Assembly: GCA_011109175.1 (NCBI GenBank)
Contig: RDEW01000003.1
Coordinates: 1,825,523 to 1,870,193, forward strand
DNA: 44,671 nucleotides
Direction: 5' to 3'
Source: Dicyema japonicum
Lineage: Eukaryota > Animalia > Dicyemida
The notes below the pieces were generated by a model, which was not told the DNA's origin, made no database searches, and was given only the letters and a program-made list of their open reading frames with translations. A program made the translations under genes and the position numbers. Positions 38,352-44,671 of the stretch are shown one piece after another. Position 1 is the first letter of the stretch, and every line of letters begins with the position of its first letter.

Positions 38352-38800
38352 ATTGACGTGCTGTTGGCGAAGTCAGGCCTGTTGGGAGTCTATTCCGAAG
38401 ACTTGCTTCAAGAATTTCGTGCGGCGTGTCATCGATGATCTGTCTTCCGAATCGAAACCTGCACAACTCGGAGTGGACGTCCGCGGCGGGTGCGAATCGG
38501 CCAATTGTTGGTATTTGGACGATGTTCGGACGATGCTTTGATCGAGTCGGTTGTGATAAGTCTTGAATACTTCTTCCCATTCTTAACAGTTATGGACTCG
38601 AGATTTATGCGACTCAACCTGAAATTTGTAATCTGGGACTCTCGCAAGATGAATTTTTTAAATCACAATGAGGATCATCTCTTCTTTCCCGATACTGTTA
38701 TTACCGACGTGGAACACCTTATTGTATTGTGCTCCCCCATTTCATGGGTGTTATCTCTCATATTCTTAATAAAAAGCTTTCGGAGATTAGTCAGTCACAG
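38352..38800 (+). mobile_element. CRE-clade RT fragment with an internal deletion
   Basis: VRPVGSLFRRLAS and QLGVDVRGGCESA join directly to NCWYLDD. Confidence 0.8.
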
Positions 38801-38804
38801 TTTT

Positions 38805-39890
38805 ATTTATTTTTATTTATTTTAATAACCCCGGGAACACCGAGAAAGAAAGACAAAAGATTCAAACAGTTAGGTGATCTCAGTCCTCGCAATCACTTGT
38901 GCCATTCGACGTCTGTGATCTTCCATCGTCCCCACTACTTTCCGGAAGAGCCTTCTCTTGGTCTTGCAGAGGAATCCGATCGGGGAGGGAAATTTCTTAT
39001 CCAATCGGTTTTCTATTGCCATGGAAAGGATCAGGCGAAGCGGATTTCCATCTTCCTCACAGACACTAAGAAATCCGGAGCCACGACTACGGATTTTAGC
39101 TTCCATGAGTAGTGGGTCGACTGTTGATCCATTACGTGGGCAAAGCATACTGATTGTTTTCCGGTATATCGAGTTGATTCTTTGGACCATAGACTCCGAT
39201 AGCCCGAATCTCCATGCAACGGAGGCATACTCAATGGCAGGCGCGATTGTTTGTTGGTAGAGGGTAGAAACGGAAAAGTCCATGTTCCTCGTGGTCTTCC
39301 GAACAAGGGCGCGTATAACGTTAACTTTCTGGAGGCCCCTGGTAATCATGTCTGTTGCGTGGGAGTTGAAATTGAGAAAACTGTCGTACTTGACTCCAAG
39401 GACAGTGGGGGACCTTGTCACTGGAATCCGAGTGGGACAAAAATACTCGGTTCATCCTTGGAACTGATCATTATCCTTGTAATTCTGGTATACGTGATAC
39501 ATACCTTACTGTTCGTCTGCTGAGAATGTTGAATCTGTCTTTTAGATTCTCTAGCTATTCAACACGGTTTTGACTGTATCCTTGGCCTTTTTCTACTTTA
39601 GAAAGGTTAACTCAATTAGTAAATTATCACAATCACTGCTAGAAAATAATTTCTCTTATATTCGTTGAAGGGTTTGTCATGATCCGCATCTGGGTTCTGT
39701 ACAGAACCAAATACACTTGACGGATCTATGGGAGCATCAATTCATTGCTATGCAGTTCTTGTTAGCCACAGGTCTCTTTCAGTCCAAAAGATAACAAATC
39801 ATGGTAAATAAATAAATAAACCAAGACATAACAAATCATGGTAGCTGATGAGAGACAGTGGACATTGCCCAGTCGATGAACTTATTCAAG
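38805..39890 (-). mobile_element. LINE family A, 3' portion with (TAAA)n tail
   Basis: ORF 38870-39421 has VLGVKYDSFLNFNSH, IEYASVAW and ..ARTEIT*. Confidence 0.85.
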
Positions 39891-39935
39891 AGATGTAAAT
39901 ACCATAAAAATAATTTGAACAAAAAAATCAAAAAA

Positions 39936-41750
39936 CTATTTTTTTAAATTAATAATATTTTGACGGAGCTCTCCAATCTCTCTTCCTTTATTTCTTTGTA
40001 CTCTGAAAATTCCTCTGTAATAAAAACTCACATCAAAACCAATTAAATTCAGACTCACCGTCTGATTAATCTCCAGCATTTTAGAAAGGTTATTTATGTA
40101 CCCAAAAATAACCTCAAAGTTGGGAATCGACACCTTATCATACATATTGTGTTTGGATGTCTGATTAATCTCCAGCATTTTAGAGAGGTTATTTATGTAC
40201 CCAAAAATAACCTCAAAGTTGGGAATCGACACCTTATCATACATATTGTGTTTGGATAGCAAATTGACATCATCCAAATCAATTCACGAGTTTGCTGATT
40301 TATAGAGTCTTAACATGGTTCTAACCTTTGTATTACCTCCTGGTGTTCTTCTTGTATGTCAGGACGCTCAGACTATGAGTAAAATTAGTCACCAGGTAGT
40401 AAAGTAGACGTATTTCAAGTCACTTCCAGTATCCTCCGCTACCTCAAGACAATAAGAGTCGATTTCATTAAATCTACCAAATCAAACAGAATGTTAACAA
40501 ATTTGCATATTTTACCGAATTTAGCGTCTGCTTGCTCGAAATCTGAGTTAGAGAATTATTCGTTATCTAAAATAGACAAAGCTAACAAACCATGCATGTT
40601 TTCGTTTTCAAATTTGCATATTTTACATAATTTAGCATCTGCTTGCTCGAAATCTGAGTTGGAGNCATTGTCCACGGAATCTTTAAAGGAAACTATTTTC
40701 TTTTTGAATGATAAGGTTGATTAGTTTGGTAGAGATCCCAGCGTCTGAAGTTGAACGAGAGGTTGGAAGGTCTGCGTGAAAATCGAGTTTTGGTAGACAA
40801 GAATGAGAAAGACAGAGTCTGTGTTACATTGAGTTTTAGCTTGTGGGAGAAAAGATGATGATCTTACGACTGTTGAAGGAACGGAGGAAATTGGTAAGGT
40901 TTAGTGTAACGTAAAGTGCAATGAAATTGTCGATTGTATTGCTGATAATTGTCCAGATTGCTCATCAAGGAAACAGTTTAGGGTTACAATAATTAGTTTA
41001 TTTTAGGAGGATGTTGGCATTGAAGAAGATGAGGTTTGATATTTGTTTCTGTGATTTAAATTTTGTTTTTATAAACTTGTTAATATAATATTATCAACCG
41101 ATAGGTTAGCTTACTGGTGATGTACCTGATTGCACAAAGTACCCACGTGTATAGTGATAGTTAATGATTCTAGGATTGTCAAAATAGCAACTTTGTTAAA
41201 CCAAATATCCCTCTGAAACTTGTAATATACAAAATTCGAAAGCTTATGGAATTCGCAATGATCCTATTGTGCGACTAACAGGATAAAAAGAAGGATAGTA
41301 GTTAGTGCCGTCCTATTGGATTTCCAAGCTGCTATTTATTTGGTCAAATAATGAATTAGTAATTATTTTTAATGTAATCATCATTTAGTAAATGGTCCAA
41401 TTTTGAAAATTTGTTAAGTTCGCCAAAACATTTATTAGTTATTGTCCTATGTCATCAGAACCCTGGTCTTGAAATCATTAACAATCTCTAAATTTGGCTT
41501 CAAGAAAACAAAATAGAGTAGATAAGCCCAATAGTGGCTAAATGCTAAAGTGAAGTATTGAAATACACAGTTTCTTGAAAGCAAAATTATTGCGATCTAT
41601 CGCAAAATCCCTTAGCACATTGTATCTGACAGACAATCGACGAGTTAGCCGCAGAAGACAATGGACGATAAGATATTAAAAATATTTTATTGGGATAAGA
41701 AATTCTACCAATACAGCCCCGTGCAAATGTTACCGCCAGAATCAAGTAAT
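39936..41750 (-). pseudogene. Possible decayed host gene: signal-peptide-like start, S/T/P-rich stalk and in-frame internal duplications
   Basis: MNYLILAVTFA.. near 41750; intron-like gtttgttagctttgtctattttag (24 nt); a long S/T-rich frame with three TAA stops; 99-bp and 111-bp period duplications. Confidence 0.35.
40060..40257. repeat. 99-bp tandem duplication, in frame (33 aa)
   Basis: Copies 40060-40158 and 40159-40257 differ by one mismatch, with no N at the junction. Confidence 0.9.
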
Positions 41751-41959
41751 TCATAAGATAAGCAAAAATGTTACTTTTATTTGATAATTTTTATTATTTT
41801 AAAAAGCAAATATGCTTTTTAAATTTTAGCCAAACTAATCAATTTTTTATTTTTTTATTTCATCCCTTAAAAATCGCATTTATCCACTTTTTATTTTTTT
41901 AATGAAAATTAAGCCGTGCATATGTTACCTAAAGGAATTAGATATATAACAGATAACAT

Positions 41960-42713
41960 AATTTATTCGCAAAACCCCAACTAACTAAACAAGGTAAGAG
42001 TCATTAACTAAAGAGGAAAAACCAATATTTGGGGTCGTCTATATCGGGGCACTCTCATGAGACATCGTATGTCTCTTCTCCGTAAAAAAGCCCCAATTAC
42101 AATGCGAGTTTCCACAAGCAATGTAATAAATCACCGATTCTTCTTGTTTTTCTTTCGTATTCGTCATCAATTTTAGATGCTAAAATCCAATCCATTTAGT
42201 TTCATTTATAATTAGAACTTCCATCTGGATCGTGCTGGCTATAGCAACCAGCACTGAGGCCCGTATTAGATATATAGACAAGACAAGACAAATTTTATTT
42301 TCTAACAAACCCCAAAACTAATTACTGTAAAGAAACCAAAACCTGAACCAAAACTAATTAAGTGGGTTTGTATTCATCGTGTAGGGTCATTTTATGAGAC
42401 ACCACATGTCTCTACTTCGTTTGGACCCCAAAAATTACATCACATTTTCCATAAGTGATGTAATAATTTTTCTATCTTTCTGACTTTCAGGTCGTAATCC
42501 TCTTCGATATTGGATTTTAAGTCAGTCCATATTCCAATTTAATCGCAAATCTTCTGGACTTTTCCAATTTTTTGACAAAGACATCACTTTCTTTTGTTCT
42601 AAACCATCCTTGATAACCATATATCAAGAAAGGTTCAACACACGCCGAATACACAAAAAAAAAAGTTTCAGGCTCCAAATGAAATCGAATTAAAGATTTC
42701 AACATTCCTGTAG
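41960..42713 (-). mobile_element. Jockey-like LINE 3' ends, same family as 33.9-36.6 kb
   Basis: EPETFFFVY..LIYGYQGW..KLEKSRRFAIKL matches 36250-36430. Confidence 0.75.
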
Positions 42714-43415
42714 NNNNNNNNNNNNNNNNNNNNNNNNNNNNNNNNNNNNNNNNNNNNNNNNNNNNNNNNNNNNNNNNNNNNNNNNNNNNNNNNNNNNNNN
42801 NNNNNNNNNNNNNNNNNNNNNNNNNNNNNNNNNNNNNNNNNNNNNNNNNNNNNNNNNNNNNNNNNNNNNNNNNNNNNNNNNNNNNNNNNNNNNNNNNNNN
42901 NNNNNNNNNNNNNNNNNNNNNNNNNNNNNNNNNNNNNNNNNNNNNNNNNNNNNNNNNNNNNNNNNNNNNNNNNNNNNNNNNNNNNNNNNNNNNNNNNNNN
43001 NNNNNNNNNNNNNNNNNNNNNNNNNNNNNNNNNNNNNNNNNNNNNNNNNNNNNNNNNNNNNNNNNNNNNNNNNNNNNNNNNNNNNNNNNNNNNNNNNNNN
43101 NNNNNNNNNNNNNNNNNNNNNNNNNNNNNNNNNNNNNNNNNNNNNNNNNNNNNNNNNNNNNNNNNNNNNNNNNNNNNNNNNNNNNNNNNNNNNNNNNNNN
43201 NNNNNNNNNNNNNNNNNNNNNNNNNNNNNNNNNNNNNNNNNNNNNNNNNNNNNNNNNNNNNNNNNNNNNNNNNNNNNNNNNNNNNNNNNNNNNNNNNNNN
43301 NNNNNNNNNNNNNNNNNNNNNNNNNNNNNNNNNNNNNNNNNNNNNNNNNNNNNNNNNNNNNNNNNNNNNNNNNNNNNNNNNNNNNNNNNNNNNNNNNNNN
43401 NNNNNNNNNNNNNNN
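42714..43415. other. Assembly gap (702 N)
   Basis: Run of N. Confidence 1.
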
Positions 43416-43751
43416 AGATTGTTGACACATTGAGTAATTATTGATCTTAATAAAATAGGAAATTTACATAATGACAGATTTAATAAATTATTGGAGTCTA
43501 ACTCCAGTATTTCCAATTTATTCAAAGTCGAGCGTAAAAGGTTCCAATACTCCCAAAAGGACATGTCAAACATGATGAATGCACTGGGGTATAGAATTTC
43601 TACTAATACCATTGGACGTTTCGAAAGCGGTACATTATCGCTAAAAAAGATGCGTAATTATAAGGATATCTTTATAATTACACTCAGCTACCTTATTGAT
43701 AAGAACCATTCAACAGAGTGTATTAGAAACATTCGACGTCATAGAATGTAG
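43416..43751 (+). CDS. Partial gene encoding a divergent POU-specific (POU-S) domain; 5' part lies in the gap
   Basis: A 25-nt GT-AG intron at 43434-43458 removes an upstream stop. LFKVERKRFQYSQKDM..ISTNTIGRFESGTLSLKKMRNYKDIF resembles the POU-S consensus FKQRRIKLG.TQ.DV..SQ.TI.RFE.L.LS..NM..LKP.L. Confidence 0.7.
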
Positions 43752-43834
43752 TTAGATGTATAAAAACTATTTGTAGTAATGATATTTTTGTTTTATGTTG
43801 TAACTAATTGTTTTTAAATTTCTTAAGAATACAG

Positions 43835-44671
43835 ACTTCATTACTGCAGAACTTTTACAATACGGCCCGGAGGAGCTAATTGAAATGATTACTAACATTT
43901 TCAACCGGTCTCTCGAGGGTGCAGATGAACTGGAACTGGGAAAAGGGTGGCTAATTCCACTACAAAAACCGGGAAAAAGTAAAGGCCCCCCTCACAACTT
44001 CAGACCTATTATACTCCTAACCTCCATACGGAAAACATTATCCCTCATTGCTTTAAACCGAATAAAGGAGAGGGTGAACATATTTCTTTCGGACGGCCAA
44101 AGTGGATTCCGGACGGGCAGGTCCACGGCTGACGTGGTATGGGGGCACAGGTGGTATTGTGCCCTGTGCCAAAAATACAAAAAATCTATTGAGATACTTG
44201 GTATCGACATGTCCCGTGCGTTCGACTCGGTGGACCGTGGAAAACTTATGGAAGTGTTGGAGAGTTTTCTACTGCCTGACGATGTCAAAATAATACACTT
44301 ACTCATGCGGAACACTCAACTTGCCGTCAAAATTGGTGACTCTACCTCTAACTTTTTTTCGACCTCACGTGGAGTTCCACAGGGGGACTCACTATCCCCG
44401 GTCCTCTTTATTGTCTACCTTGAGGCCGCACTAAGAGAGTTCAGACCCCTGGTTGGCAACAATTATAACGAGATAATCTACGCGGACGACCTAGACTTTG
44501 TTTCTGAGGATATTCAAGTACTTCAACACATGCTTAACGTTCTTCCACACGTATTCTCGAAATGGTTCTTAACCGTTAACACCGATAAAACAGAGTTCAC
44601 AACACTTACACGCAATGATCGAAGATCGGACGAGTCTTGGAGAAAGCAAAAGAAGGTGGGTTCGCTTCTCG
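43835..44671 (+). mobile_element. 5'-truncated RTE-like LINE with an uninterrupted RT frame running off the window
   Basis: ITAELLQYGP, QKPGK, NFRPI, QSGFR, IDMSRAFDSV, GVPQGDSLSP, YADD and KKVGSLL, with no stops. Confidence 0.93.

Noticed and set aside
37150-38800. Telomere or subtelomere context suggested by RAP1 next to a CRE element
   Set aside because: No telomeric repeat tract is visible, and CRE pieces occur throughout the window
40690-41060. Alternative genetic code (TAA as sense) suggested by in-frame TAA codons
   Set aside because: Intact genes end in TAA, TAG and TGA and have no internal stops; decay is the simpler explanation
42517-43612. Long ORFs of 243-314 aa
   Set aside because: They are artefacts of translating through the N gap
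1-44671. CRISPR arrays, defence systems, rRNA, tRNA and snRNA genes
   Set aside because: None recognisable by eye; tRNAscan-SE or Infernal would be needed to exclude small RNAs

Overview
AT-rich animal genomic DNA in the standard genetic code; no prokaryotic features, rRNA, tRNA or CRISPR arrays were seen. Manual splicing recovers five complete host genes: an SLC17 transporter, glia maturation factor (GMF), ZSWIM7/SWS1, an adhesion GPCR and telomeric RAP1/TERF2IP. There is also a partial POU-specific-domain gene and one possible decayed gene. Of 33 inferred introns, 32 are 21-26 nt and one is 46 nt; this architecture best fits a dicyemid mesozoan (inference). Most of the remaining sequence is nested, deleted retrotransposon debris (CRE-clade, RTE-like, Jockey/I-group and one RLE element of the type I associate with microsporidian genomes), plus a hAT remnant and a pogo-like MITE. 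The main candidate novelty is two micro-introns, in otherwise intact genes, that keep the frame only if they end in TG instead of AG (GT-TG). Other highlights are a tandem GPS/GAIN adhesion GPCR, a possible horizontally transferred LINE and a POU-S domain with no visible homeodomain. Transposon boundaries are approximate. Family assignments and human comparisons come from recalled motifs, not database searches.
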